Source: Eledone cirrhosa
Taxonomy: Eukaryota
DNA: 64,000 bases
NCBI GenBank assembly: GCA_964016885.1
Contig: OZ024744.1
Span: 61,442,001-61,506,000 of the forward strand
Direction: 5' to 3'
In this document: positions 12,572 to 24,715 of the stretch, in pieces
Position numbering within the stretch: the stretch's first letter is position 1
How the letters are laid out: each line of letters begins with the position of its first letter
Program-made: the position numbers and the translations under genes
Notes under the pieces: generated by a model
What the model was told of the DNA's origin: nothing
Databases searched by the model: none
What the model saw: only the letters and a program-made list of their open reading frames with translations

Positions 12572-14189
12572 CTGGAAAATGTAGTTGGCCGACAGGTACT
12601 GTTACGTTATTGTGCCGCGGTCTATTGAGTCTATATAACAACTTGGTTTATAAACTTACTTAAACATTTTCTCTGTACTCACTCGCATTTCCTTCTCTCA
12701 TCCTTTTTTTTCCCCACTCACTCTCTCTTTATATATATATACAAATATTTATATAACGCTTTATCTTTCTCCCTCCTCTACACACATATATACGTAGTTA
12801 CACACGTACACAAAGGTTGTTTTTGTTTTAGTTTTTCGTTAGTTAACAGGTCAACTGAGATTGTAGTCTTATACTATATATATATATGTGTGTGTATGTG
12901 TGTCTATATATATATATAGGCGAGGCCAATGTCCTCATTTCCAATATACAATACACACATATATATATATATATTTGTGTTTGTGTATATTTATATATAT
13001 ATATATATATGTATATACACGCATTAAACACGTACAGACACTTGTACAAACGTGTGTGTGTGTGCGCGTGCGAGAATGCAGACAAGCATGTATGTTTACT
13101 TTATCTAAGGGGTCAACGATCTATTCTGAAACATAAAACACGATAGATAGCTTATTTAAAACTGCAGGATATTGGGTTAACTCTGATCAAAGGTTAATCA
13201 TTTCGGAATACGGAATAAATTTACAAAGTTGAAGGTTGCCACAATTGAAAAATGCGACAAATAATATGTTCTTGTTCATCATTACCATCATCAGCACTAA
13301 GAACAACGACAAAAGCACCACCACCGCCACCGTCGCTACCACTACCGCTACAATCATCATCATCTCTGACGCTAGACAGATTTGGGATGGTCACGTCCTA
13401 CTCTTACGATCCTGTTTGGCACGTTTTTCACGCGACCAGTGTGGCTGCAACACCAAAGTAATCGCTATGGCCCCAGCAGGACAGAAAGAGACTGTGCTGG
13501 GAAGGAGGAGGGATAAGAGCATGGGGAGCCTGGCAGATGTTGCTTGTAGAGAAGGCAAAGAGTGAGAACAGGTACTGTGCCGTGGTTACAGACGATGTAT
13601 ATATACACACAAATGAAAATACGAGCATTCCAATGCAGAGAATGTCGATTCCTCGCAGGCACCAGTGAATACTTTCAAAAGTTATAAATTTCGTGAATAT
13701 ATATATATATACAGACCTGTCAACCTCTAAAAACCCAAACGGCGAGTACCATGAAAAAAAGTACCCCACAGCGGTGAGAAATAAGGCAAAATGGAGAGAT
13801 TTTACATAATGAAAACTAAACCCATTTTCACAAGAGAAGACATTTCTCACCCGCCCCAAAGTGAGTGGGTGATCTCCCTGTCAGATGGGTGAATTGATAG
13901 GTTCGTGTGTGTGTATATATATATATATATAGAATAAGGAAAAGCGAAGTAGTTTCAGATGTTTAAGTCTTTTACTAATAATTGTTTCTACTTTAGGCAC
14001 AATGCCAGCAATTACCCAGTGCATTACTGGTACTTTATTTTATCGACCCCGTAAGGATGAAAGGCAAAGTCAACCTCGGCGGGATTTGAACTCAGATCGT
14101 AAAGGGACGTAACTATGCTGGAAAGCATGGCGTCCGACCCTCTACCGATACTGCCAATCCACCGCCCTTATAAGTCTTTTAATAATAAT

Positions 14190-14263
14190 GCTGTGATATA
14201 TATTTCAATGACGACACTGGCCACACTGTTCTGTGTGCGAGTGTCGCGACATCGTCAGACAGC
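14190..14263 (-). ncRNA. Minimal type I hammerhead ribozyme (family A, inverted arm)
   Basis: GCUGU-CUGACGA-stem II-GAAA-UAUAUA-UC-ACAGC on the minus strand. Confidence 0.8.
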
Positions 14264-14840
14264 TTGTTACATAATAAGGTTATGTTTCCGAGGCAATCCA
14301 AATTGAATCGACTCACTTCAATCTATATGTTTTTTACTCACCTCAATCTCACTTTAAACATTTTTTAATTTCTAATTGTTAATTTTTTTTTTTTTATTAT
14401 TTATAATTTCTGGATTTTCGATTTTAAATTTTAATTTTAATTTCCAACTCTCATCATAACTTCCAATGTAAAACCATGATACCTAGAATTAAGTATATTT
14501 TCTCTTAGGTCAGTTGTACATTAAGTATATTTTCTCGATGGTCAGTTGTACTGTCGATGCTTGGTGAGAGGTAGTATTGTGACCTGTAAAAACTAACACT
14601 CTCCCATCCCCGCTGGCTTTCGGCTGACTGCCACAGACGGGATGGGTAGCAGTACAGGCCTGAATGGGTCATTGTTTGGCTGAGAGGGGGAACTGACTAA
14701 GCGAATTTCGTTGAAATCTGCGGTAGCTAATGGTCAACTTCCTTCGGACATGCGCCGAAGAACCCAAAAGCACATACTTCGTCCGTTCCCATGTCGATTC
14801 AATTTGGATTGCCTCGAAACATAACCTTATTATGTAACAA

Positions 14841-14914
14841 GCTGTCTGACGATGTCGCAACACTCGCACACAGAACAGTGTGGCCAGTGTCGTCATTGAA
14901 ATATATATCACAGC
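14841..14914 (+). ncRNA. Minimal type I hammerhead ribozyme (family A)
   Basis: Stem I GCTGT(14841-45)/ACAGC(14910-14); CTGACGA 14846-52; GAAA 14898-901; palindromic loop III TATATA; UC cleavage site after 14909. Confidence 0.85.
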
Positions 14915-15672
14915 CTTATTATTAAAAGACTTGAACATCTGAAACTACTTCACTTTTCCTTATTCGATATTTACTCCATCACTCCTATGTGGAAAAAGTA
15001 TGTTGAGTGCTTGAATTGAATTGCATCAATGTTTACCCTAAGTATATATATATATATATATATATATTTCGTTTCTGAATTTGTTTAGCAAGATTCTTTA
15101 TCTGAAAACGTGTGTTGAAACCGATATTGTTATGCTTTGGGAGGGTCATGTTGCCAATAAGAAACACGAACCCTCCCAAAGCATAACAATATATATATAT
15201 ATATATATGAACGATTCCAACCGTGACCATCCCCACTGAAAAGTTTCGTGAAATAGTCTTTTTAAGACTATATAGAGCATTTGTAGTTTTTCCAAATTTA
15301 AGGATGAGTATTTAAGCTTTATTTTATTCTGAGTTAAGACTCTATTGGTTTTTCCCTGGATTTCACAAAATCTGTGGATAAAATCTCTGTCTTGATTTTT
15401 TAAAAATTGAGTTTGAATTATTTTCCCATATCTTGCGTTAATTATTTTCCATTTTGACGTTATAGTCACTTATATATTATAAAATACTGTTGGCTTCTTG
15501 CTCACAATAATTTCTATATTTTCATTTATATATATATATATATATTCTGTATATATATATATGGGGAGGGTCATATTTGTGTAATAATATTGCCAGAATT
15601 AATAACAGAACACACTGTTTGGTTGGTTTTCGCTTCTGTGTCTTTTATATCGGTTAAACTAATTCATCGCCG

Positions 15673-15720
<48 letters not shown>

Positions 15721-15737
15721 TGTATATATATATATAT

Positions 15738-16268
15738 AAAACAAAGAAAATGTGGTAAGGAACCAGGTGGACCATAACGCACCAGAGTACTCGGTACTTA
15801 GGGTATTAGAGTGGTTAATAGGAAAAGAGTCGGGACTCCAGCGGCTGAGCTATGGCCGTTTTGATAGCTAGATCCAAACAGTTCAGATCTAGCTGTCAAA
15901 ACGACTGGAGCTCAGACGTTGGGGTCACGACTCTTTTCCTATGTCGATCTTGGATTTGCAGACACCTAGCGGGGATGTTGTGTGCTGTATGTGATGTATA
16001 TCGTATGCTATACGATATGCATTATATGTTGCATTCCATCTCAGCGTTTTGTCCAGGTCAGTCTAAAATCTTTTCCTCAGTCCAACCATTCTCATTGCTG
16101 TGGTAATGCAGTTGGACTGCCGATCGCTATATTTGATTTGCTAAACTGTCTAAACGTATTGTTATTACTCTGGGGTACTATTCCCATTTGAGTGCTAAAG
16201 CTACATACCGAATTTGCATTCGTTAGCTTGGCCGTGAACTAAATCTTCGTTAATGATGTACTAAAATT

Positions 16269-16270
<2 letters not shown>
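15738..16270 (+). mobile_element. (TA)n-embedded element with a long hairpin and the shared ACTC..GAGTG tail (family B; no canonical hammerhead seen)
   Basis: Imperfect hairpin 15818-15942, smaller hairpin 16079-16118, tail TTACTCTGGGGTACTATTCCCATTTGAGTGC. Confidence 0.55.
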
Positions 16271-16317
<47 letters not shown>

Positions 16318-16324
<7 letters not shown>

Positions 16325-16712
16325 TTTGTGGTAAGATGGCTTAGATGCGTCCATAGGCAGTATGCCAGTTGAGCACTCAATGCTCCTTCGGAACAGAGTA
16401 TAATATAGAAAACAAAGAATCAGTAATGCATCGAAACACAATTTATTTACATATTACAATTGTTTCTCTGGCGAACAGCTTGAGGTACGATCTATTTGTG
16501 GATCGAACCTGACTCTGGATTCGCAAGTTCCTCAGATATGTCTAGCGACTTTGAAGCAAATCTTCTGGAGGAACTGAGGAACTTGCGAATCCAGAGTCAC
16601 ATTCGATCCACAAATAGATCGTACCCCGAGCTCTTCGCCGGAGAAACAATTGTAATATGTTAATAAATTGTGTTTTGGTGCATCACTGATTCTTTGTTTT
16701 CTATAATATATA
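16318..16712 (-). mobile_element. Penelope-like inverted-pLTR element, family C
   Basis: Inverted arms ~16402-16535 and ~16574-16706; tail on minus reads TACTC..TTGAGTGC; flanked by (TA)n. Confidence 0.8.
16449..16541 (-). ncRNA. Type I hammerhead with extended stem II (family C)
   Basis: ACAUAU-CUGAGGA-~62-nt stem II-GAAA-CAAUUG-UA-AUAUGU. The first stem II pair is A/A, so activity is uncertain. Confidence 0.7.
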
Positions 16713-16789
16713 TATATATATATGTCTAACCCATGCTAGCGTGGAAGATGGACGTTAAACGATGATGATGATGATGATGATGATGATAA

Positions 16790-19125
16790 TATAATAGGGT
16801 AGATGAGGCAGTTAAGGCCAAGAGACAGGCATAGAAAGAATGGAAGAGCGGGGGAAGCAGGGTACATTACATAGGGACCAGGAGGGAAACTAGGTGACAA
16901 GTATACTTAGCTAGAAGGGAAGCAGAGGATAGAAAATTCAAGCATATTTTGCAACGTGAGGACCAGAAACAGGAGGTGTTCAAGATTGTGAGGCAGTATG
17001 TCAGAGAGAATTGGGATGTCATTGGAGAGAAGTGTATCTGGAATGATAAAGATGAGCTTGCCCTCACAAGTGCTGAGAAGAAAGATGTGTGGAAGAGCCA
17101 TTATGATAGATTACTAAATGAGGAGAATGCATGGGAAGAAGAGATCCTACCCCAAGTAGACCCTATAGAGGGACCAGCAGTACAAGTCAGCAGCAGTGTA
17201 AGTAAGGCAATCAAAGATATGAAGACGGGGAAGGCAACTGGTCCATCGGGTATAGCTGCCGAGATGCTGAAGGCATCTGGGTCAGTAGGTCACACTATAA
17301 CCACACGTATTGTTAACCAGGTAATACTAGAAGGTGTCATACCAAAGGACTGGTGCAGTAGCATCATTGTCAACTGCTACAAAGGTAAAAGGTGATGCAC
17401 TAGATAGAGGAAACTATAGAGGTATAAAGCTGATGGACCAGGTCATGAAAGTAACAGAAAGAGTTATAGCACAGTTGATTAGGGACCGGGTGAAACTAGA
17501 TGAGATACAATTTAGGTTTGTGCCAGGAAGAGGCACCACTGATGTCCTCTTCCTTGTGAGGCAGTTACAAGAAAAGTACCTAGCTAAAAGTAAGCCACTC
17601 TACCTGGCATTCGTCGATCTTGGGAAAGCCTTTGACAGAGTTCCCCGTGCTATAATCTGGTGTGCTCTTAGAAAACTAGAAGTAGATGAATGGCTTGTGA
17701 AAGCTGTACAAGGTATGTATAGGTGAGCAATCAGCAAAGTTAGGATTAGCAATGAGTATAGCGAGGAATTTAGTGTAAAGGTCGGTGTCCACCGACGCTG
17801 TTCTTAGCCCGCTCCTGTTCATCATTGTCCTGCAGGAAATAACAGAGGAGTTTAAGACCGGATGCCCATAGGAACTCCTGTATGCAGATGACCTCGCACT
17901 TATAGCTGAATCTATGGTAGAACTAGAGAAGAAATTCCAAACTTGGAAGCAGGGACTAGAAAGAAAGGGTCTCAAAGTCAACCTGACAAAGACTAAGGTC
18001 CTTGTAAGTAGATGAGAAAACAGAACCCAGATCCCCTCAGGGAAAAGGCCTTGCTCAGTATGTAGGAAAGGTGTAGGTAGGAACTCCATTCTCTGCCCAA
18101 AATACAAACAATGGGTACACAAGAGATGTAGTGGGATCTCAGAAAGGTTAACTAAGAATGTAGGCTTCACATGTAGCAGCTGTGCTGGGACAGCAAGCAG
18201 CAAATGACCACAGGAAACAAGTACCACCAATCTCTGGGAGGGCTCTGTAGAAACAGTAGACAGCTTCTGCTACCTAGGTGACCGAATTAGCAGCGGAGGT
18301 GGGTGTTCTGAAAATACAATAACTAGGGTAAGAACGGGATGGAAGAAGTTCAGGGAGCTATTGCCACTGCTAGCTGCAAAAGGCTTTTCCCTCAAAATGA
18401 AAGGCAGACTATGATGCAATGTTACATGGTAGTGAGACCTGGGCGCTGTCTGTGGAAGACTTACGTAGATTAGAAAGAAACAGAGCTTGCATGCTCTGAT
18501 GGATGTGTAACAGTAATATATGTGAATGGCAAAGCATAAACGAATTAAGAGAGAGACTGAGCATAAGAGGAATCAAATGCTGTGTGCAGGAGAGGAGGTT
18601 GCGTTGGTATGGACATGTAATGCATATGAAGGATGACAGCTGCATAAAAAGGTGCAGAGCACTAGAAGTCGAGGGAAACCGCGGAGTGGGGAGACCCAAG
18701 AAGACCTGGAATGAGGTGATAAAAGCCGACCATACCCAATTACACCTCTCAAAAGTGATGACACATGACCGTGACCTCTGGCGTGACGCAGTAATACAGA
18801 ATACCCGACCCCCCACGGGTACAAGCCGAAGCTGAAGCATATAGACAATATGCCCCCACACCCTCCCACTGCAAAGTGGTTGTGGAGGTGCCACGGCAAA
18901 AAATCACCCAGCCCACACTGTAAAGTAGACATGTAGGCGCCACGCAAAAAAGCACCCAGCACTCACTGTAAATGAGGTTGGTGTTAGGAAGGGCATCCAG
19001 CTGTAGAAACCAAGGCAAAATCAGTTTGCATGAGCAAGGCATGGTCAGCCAACAGACACTGCCCACAACAGGACAACCCGTCTAAACCATGCTAGCGTGG
19101 AAGAACGGACGTAAAACGGTGGTGT
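16790..19125 (+). mobile_element. 5'-truncated RTE LINE (linker, RT, PHD-like finger, 3' UTR)
   Basis: KATGPSG, NYRGIKL, AFVDLGKAFDRV, LYADD and WYGHV motifs, with stops and frameshifts. Confidence 0.95.
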
Positions 19126-19139
19126 TACTGGTACTTTAT

Positions 19140-19600
19140 TTTATACTCAAAAGAAAGAGGCTTTGAAATGCTACTTTAAGAGGTTAATGAATGGGAGAAA
19201 GGAGACTACTTCCAACTGGCTATAGAAATTGACAAATATAGGGTCAAAGAAGCAATTAAAAAAAAAATGGTAAAGCCACTGGACCTTCTGAGATAATCAC
19301 TGAAATACAGAAAGCATCTGGGTAAGTAGGAGTTGAACTAGTCACCCACTTACCCTATGACTGATGCAACAGTATAGTCATTAATTTCCCCGGGAAGCAG
19401 TGATGCCATAGAAAGGAACAACAGGGGAGTAAAACTAACAGACCAAGTTGTGAAAGTGACAGAAAGAGTTCTAGCACAACTAATTAGGGTAAAAGTCAAA
19501 TTAGATAAGATGCAATTTGGTTTCATGCCAGGAAGGAGCACCACAGATGCTCTCTTTTTAGTAAGACAAGAGAAGTTCTTATCTAAGAGTAAGCCTTGAT
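19140..19600 (+). mobile_element. Old RTE RT fragment
   Basis: Degenerate match to the RTE RT N-terminus (VTERVLAQLI..MQFGFMPGRSTTDA). Confidence 0.7.
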
Positions 19601-19784
19601 ACCAGTAACTGCAGTGCACATTGGACAATAACAAATGGACACATGGGACAGTAGCAATGGACACAAGACAGGACGATAAGTTTTTATTTGGCTATTTACA
19701 AATAAATAAAATTTATTAGAAGCCAATGTGCTGTAATTGGGAAAAAGAGATAGAAACAAAACCTAACATATTAGCCAAGAAGGC

Positions 19785-19880
19785 AAAGTGTGCACAGAAG
19801 ACAAAGTGTGCACAGAAAGCAAAGTGTGCACAGAAGACAAAGTGTGCACAGAAGACAAAGTGTGCACAGAAGACAAAGTG
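19785..19880 (+). repeat. 18-bp tandem repeat (AAAGTGTGCACAGAAGAC) x~5
   Basis: Direct inspection. Confidence 0.95.
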
Positions 19881-21754
19881 AGGGAAAAATTGCTAGCTAC
19901 AAAAGGTTTTTCCCTCAAAATGAAGGCGATGACACAGCATCGAAACCTTTGGCGTTATGTAGTAATACAAAAGACCTACATTTCTAAATCATACATGCAC
20001 CACCTTCCATCCATCCATCCCCTTTCCACATACACCCTAACACTCCACCCATGTCCTAATACACCACCCACATCCTAACACTCCACCCATGCCCTAACAC
20101 TCCACCCATCACACATGTCCCTAGATCTACCTCCCTAATCCTCACACACCTCCTTGACCTAAGACTCCAACCTACACTGTAAAGAGGTCATCTAAGTGTC
20201 AGGACAAAAAACACCTTGCCCACTTTGTAAAGTAGTTGTGTAGGTGTCCCAACAAAAAGCATCCAGTACACACTATAAATGAGGTTGGCTTTAGGAAGGA
20301 GATTCGGGTGAAGAAACCAAGATGAAATCAGTTCTGATGATGATGATGATGACAAGTTATTTCCCAGATTTGTTCTCAGTTTTGATATTATTTTGTATAT
20401 CATTGTGCATGTGATAAGGAAAGTCACTACAGATATGTATTTTTATAAATATATATCAAAGAGATATACTTATATACTTATATAAATACTATCTATTTTC
20501 AAATATTCATATTTATAACAAAACTATCCATCATAATTTTATGTAAGACCCTTTGTTAAGTTATGTTCCAAAACAGCAGCTTCCTAATGAAAAAGTTAGC
20601 TATTTTCTTAAATTCCTCCAAATTATTATTTAAAAAAAAATATTTGAAACATAAAGGCAGTGTATTTTATTACAAACGGGTCAATGTAGCTGGGCTGCAG
20701 GCCAACACCTGACACCAGTAAGAGAGTATTTGATTTTTTTTAAAATGTGATTTGAACTTTTGCAGCTCAGTAGACTTTTTCCAAGATTGTCACAGAATTG
20801 GAATGTTCAAGTTTTTCTATTTGTGTTTGTGTGTGTGTGTGTGAGTATTTGCACACGCACGTGTGTGTGTGTGTGTGTGTCTGTGTGTGCGTGCGCGTGC
20901 ATTTGTGAATGTACGCATATGCATGCATGTATGTCTTTGTGTGTGTGAGTGTGGTTCAAATCTTATCTAGGTCAATTTAGCTTTTCATCTGTTCAGGATC
21001 AATAAAATAAGTAGTGTACCACTGTAAACAGATCAAGGAAAAAAATGGTAGGGAGAGAAGAAGAGATGTGATTGGGGGAAGTGACTTAGGATGTTGGCAG
21101 GTGTGGGAGAGTTTTGGGAGTTATGGTGTTTATGGACTGGATGTTTGAAATACCAGTTAGGTGACTCATAGCATCCCAGTATGAATGAATCCTGACTGAG
21201 TAATTTCTGGGTAACAGACCTGTAATGAAATAACCCCTCCCCCGTCCAAGGAGGGGGCGGGGGAAGCAAGAATTTGTCCCATAACTGTCTCTAGGAAAGC
21301 AAACCTGCTGCTTCATGCTTAACGGAGTAAAAAAAAGAATGCACATATGTAAGCATATATATATACTTGCATATTTGTGTATTTACATTTATTTAACCTT
21401 TTTATTACCATATTTATAATGAAATGCACAGTATTTGATTTCGTTAATGAAAGAATTTGAAGGATTTACTAAGGTTATTAATTACTTCATTATTAAACTA
21501 GTATTTCTAACATAACTTAGTTAAATATTATTATATCAAATTATGTAGGAAAATTTTAATTTAAGTAGTTAGTCCTTTAAAACTTAAAAATGGGTGATTT
21601 TGGTTGGTATCAAAAAAGATGCAACACATATACACATATGTATTATAGTGGAAGATGGACATTAAACAATGATGGTGATGATGATGATGATAATGATATA
21701 TATATATATATAAATATATATACACACATATATATATACATATATATATATATA

Positions 21755-22420
21755 AAGTAAGCCGCTCTACCTGGCATTTGTCGATCTAGAAAAAGCCTTC
21801 AACTGAGTGCCCTGTGCTATAATCTGGTGGGCTCTTAGAAAACTAGGAGTAGATGAATGGCTTGTAAAGGCTGTACAAGCCTTGTATAGGGGAGCAGTCA
21901 GCAAAGTTAGGGTTAACAATGACTATAGTGAGGAATTCAGCATATAGATTGATGTCCACCAGGGCTCCGTTCTTCACCCTCTCCTATTTATTGTAGTACT
22001 GCAGGCTATAACATAGGAGTTTAAGACCGGATGCCCATGGGAACTTCTGTATGCAGATGATCTTACACTTATAGCTGAATCTATATTGGAACTAGAGAAG
22101 AAATTCCAAACAAAGAAGCAGGGACTAGAAAGAAGGGGTCTCAGAGTCAACCTGACAAAGACTAAGGTTCTCATAAGTAGACGGGAAAACAGAATGCAGT
22201 ATGCAGGAAAGGTGTAGGTAGAAATTCCATCCTCTGCTCCAAATGCAAACTATGGGTACACAAGAGATGTAGTGGGATCTCAGGAAATCTAGCTAAGAAT
22301 GTAGGCTTTACATGTAGCAGTTGTACCAGTAAGTAGCAAACAGGCACAGGAAACAAAAGCTACCAAATTCTGGGAGGGCTCAGTAGAAACAGTAGACAGC
22401 TTCTGCTATCTAGGTGATGG
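21755..22420 (+). mobile_element. RTE RT fragment
   Basis: AFVDLEKAF and PWELLYADD motifs. Confidence 0.9.
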
Positions 22421-24715
22421 AAATCTTGCCAAACAAAGGGTTGGGAGGACCCTCAGTTGTGTCAAAGGCTTGAAAATCTCTCTTAAGCATTCATTGGAAA
22501 TTGACCTGCCTGGGAGATCAGTGGCTCTGTTTCAGTACTGATTTGGTCTGTATGGACCTGTCCAACCTTTGATTGCATGATAGCAGGGAAAGTGGATGAC
22601 GATGATGAGGAGGAGGAAGATAGTGATAGTATATGCAACAAGCTTCTGTACAGGTTCCATTTACCAAATTTCAGTCATGAGACGGTCAACCCAAAGCTTT
22701 AATAGCAGACAATTTGCCCATTGTGTGACACAATGGGATTAAACCTGAAATCATGTAGTTGCAAAGCAAACTCCTCAATACTAATATTTCAAACTGCTTG
22801 AAACTATCTCCATCTCTATGATACACAGATAAAGAACCCTTCATCATAATTTTATGCAAAAACCTTTCTTAAGTTATGTTCCAAGCACCAACTTGATAAT
22901 GATTGCTACTATAGGCACAAGGCCAGTAATTTGAGGGAAGGGAAAGTCGATTAAATCGACCCCAGTGCATTACTGGTGATTTCTTTTATCAACCCCATAA
23001 GGATGAAAGACAAAGCTAACCTTGGCAGGATTTGAAATCATAATGTTCTTAATAATTGTTTCTACTTTGGGCACAAGGCCAGCAATTATCCCAGTGCATT
23101 ACTGGTGCTTTATTTCCTCGACCCTATAAGGATCAACAGTTACATTATTTTCAAAATTATTTGAAAACCATAATCAGTGTTGTTCATTAGAAAAATAACA
23201 ACAAAAAGGTTAAAGTGTTTATATTTATCTAAGCTCCTTTCAGTATAATTTTATGTCAGAACCTTCGTTAAATTATGTTCCAAATGCCTATTTAATAACG
23301 AATAAGTTAGTTGTATCATTATCTTGCCCTAAATTCTTGATGATTTTCAAAATTATTTGGAAATCATAGACAAGTCATTCATTATATCAGGCAGTGGATT
23401 GGCAGTATCGGTAGAGGGTCGGACACTATGCTTTGACACATAGAGTTACGGCCCTTGCCATTCTGAGTTCAAATCCCGCCGAGGTTAACTTTGCCTTTAA
23501 TCCTTACGGGGTCAATAAAATAAAGTACCAGTAATGCACTGAGATAATTGCTGGCCTTGTGCCAAATATAGAAACAATTATATCATGTTTCAAAAATTAA
23601 TTTGATAAGATAAAGACAAGGAAGTCACCAAATTCAACTACATATCATGTTAACTATTCCTGGTCAACTGTATAAAGTTTTTCTACAAGTATACATGAGT
23701 GTGTGTGTGTGTGTGCGCAGATGTGTGTATGTGCATATATGTGTATGCATGTGTGTGTGAACTCACTAATGGAGATTGCAAATCTTAAATCTAACAATTG
23801 TAGAGAATAATATATAACACAACTATATACACACACACACACTCACACACATACACATACACACATACATATTCATAGAATTGCACATACACACACACTT
23901 ACATATGCATGTAAATCATACTGTCCTTTTTGTGTTCAAAAAAATATTTATACCAGGAATCAGCCACAGGTGAGTCATTGAGGTATTCTCAGTGGGCTTC
24001 AGACATTTTCAAATGTTTATATGTAAGATATGATATAATATATACATGTGGGCCATTGAGGTGTACTCGGTGGACCTCAGGCCTTTTCCAATGTTTTTAT
24101 GTTAAAGTGAGAAATTAATCTTCAGAAGGATCAGATGCAGTTTACTAGAGAGGAGACTACGTTGGTATGATCATGTGATGCATATGAAGGACAACAGTTG
24201 TATAAAAAAAAGTGTAGACCAATCAAAATTGATGGAAACTACGGAGTAGGTAGACCCAGAAAAACCTGGGACAGTGTGATAAAAACTGACCTTGCTGACT
24301 TGACCTCTCTAAGACAATGTCACTGGATAGAGATCTTTGGTGCTATGCAGTAATGCAGAAGAAGTGTTGGCCCTAAAGAGGGCCTTGTAATGTTCACTGT
24401 TGCAAAGTGTCAATAATAGGGGAGAAGTTACATCTTCTTAATTTGTGTTAATCTTCCTACGATCTGACACCTCAAAATATCGACAAAATAATAAACTCTA
24501 GTCTCAAAGACGGCATATTACAATTAACATGTCGGGAGTACGATATACGATTTGGGTTTTATTCTTCGGACTAATCTCATGGTAAACCAACTTCCAGGTC
24601 ATTGATCATCACACTGTTTTGTAACTTATCACTGATTCTTGCAGTTGACCTTAATGTGACCTAAACATGTGCACATGTTCAGAATCAATATCAGTGGATA
24701 TGATATATATATATA

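Larger units (their letters stand above)
13931..15042 (+). mobile_element. Penelope-like inverted-pLTR element, family A, interrupted by a SINE
   Basis: Arms 13931-14332 (minus the SINE) and 14794-14965 are inverted. Unique tail with TTACTCC..TTGAGTGC. Bounded by (TA)n. The SINE at ~13975-14170 is flanked by a TAAGTCTTTTA.TAATAAT duplication. Confidence 0.8.

Noticed and set aside
13390-13574. Possible GPI-signal-like last exon on minus
   Set aside because: The acceptor lacks a polypyrimidine tract and the frame is ambiguous.
16030-16090. CUGAGGA on the minus strand of family B
   Set aside because: No stem II pairing or GAAA, and wrong orientation relative to the tail.
16574-16660. Plus-arm hammerhead of family C (likewise the plus arm of family F)
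   Set aside because: The 5' strand of stem I, or the CUGAUGA box, is truncated.
23390-23580. tRNA genes suggested by B-boxes
   Set aside because: These are SINE heads without a cloverleaf.
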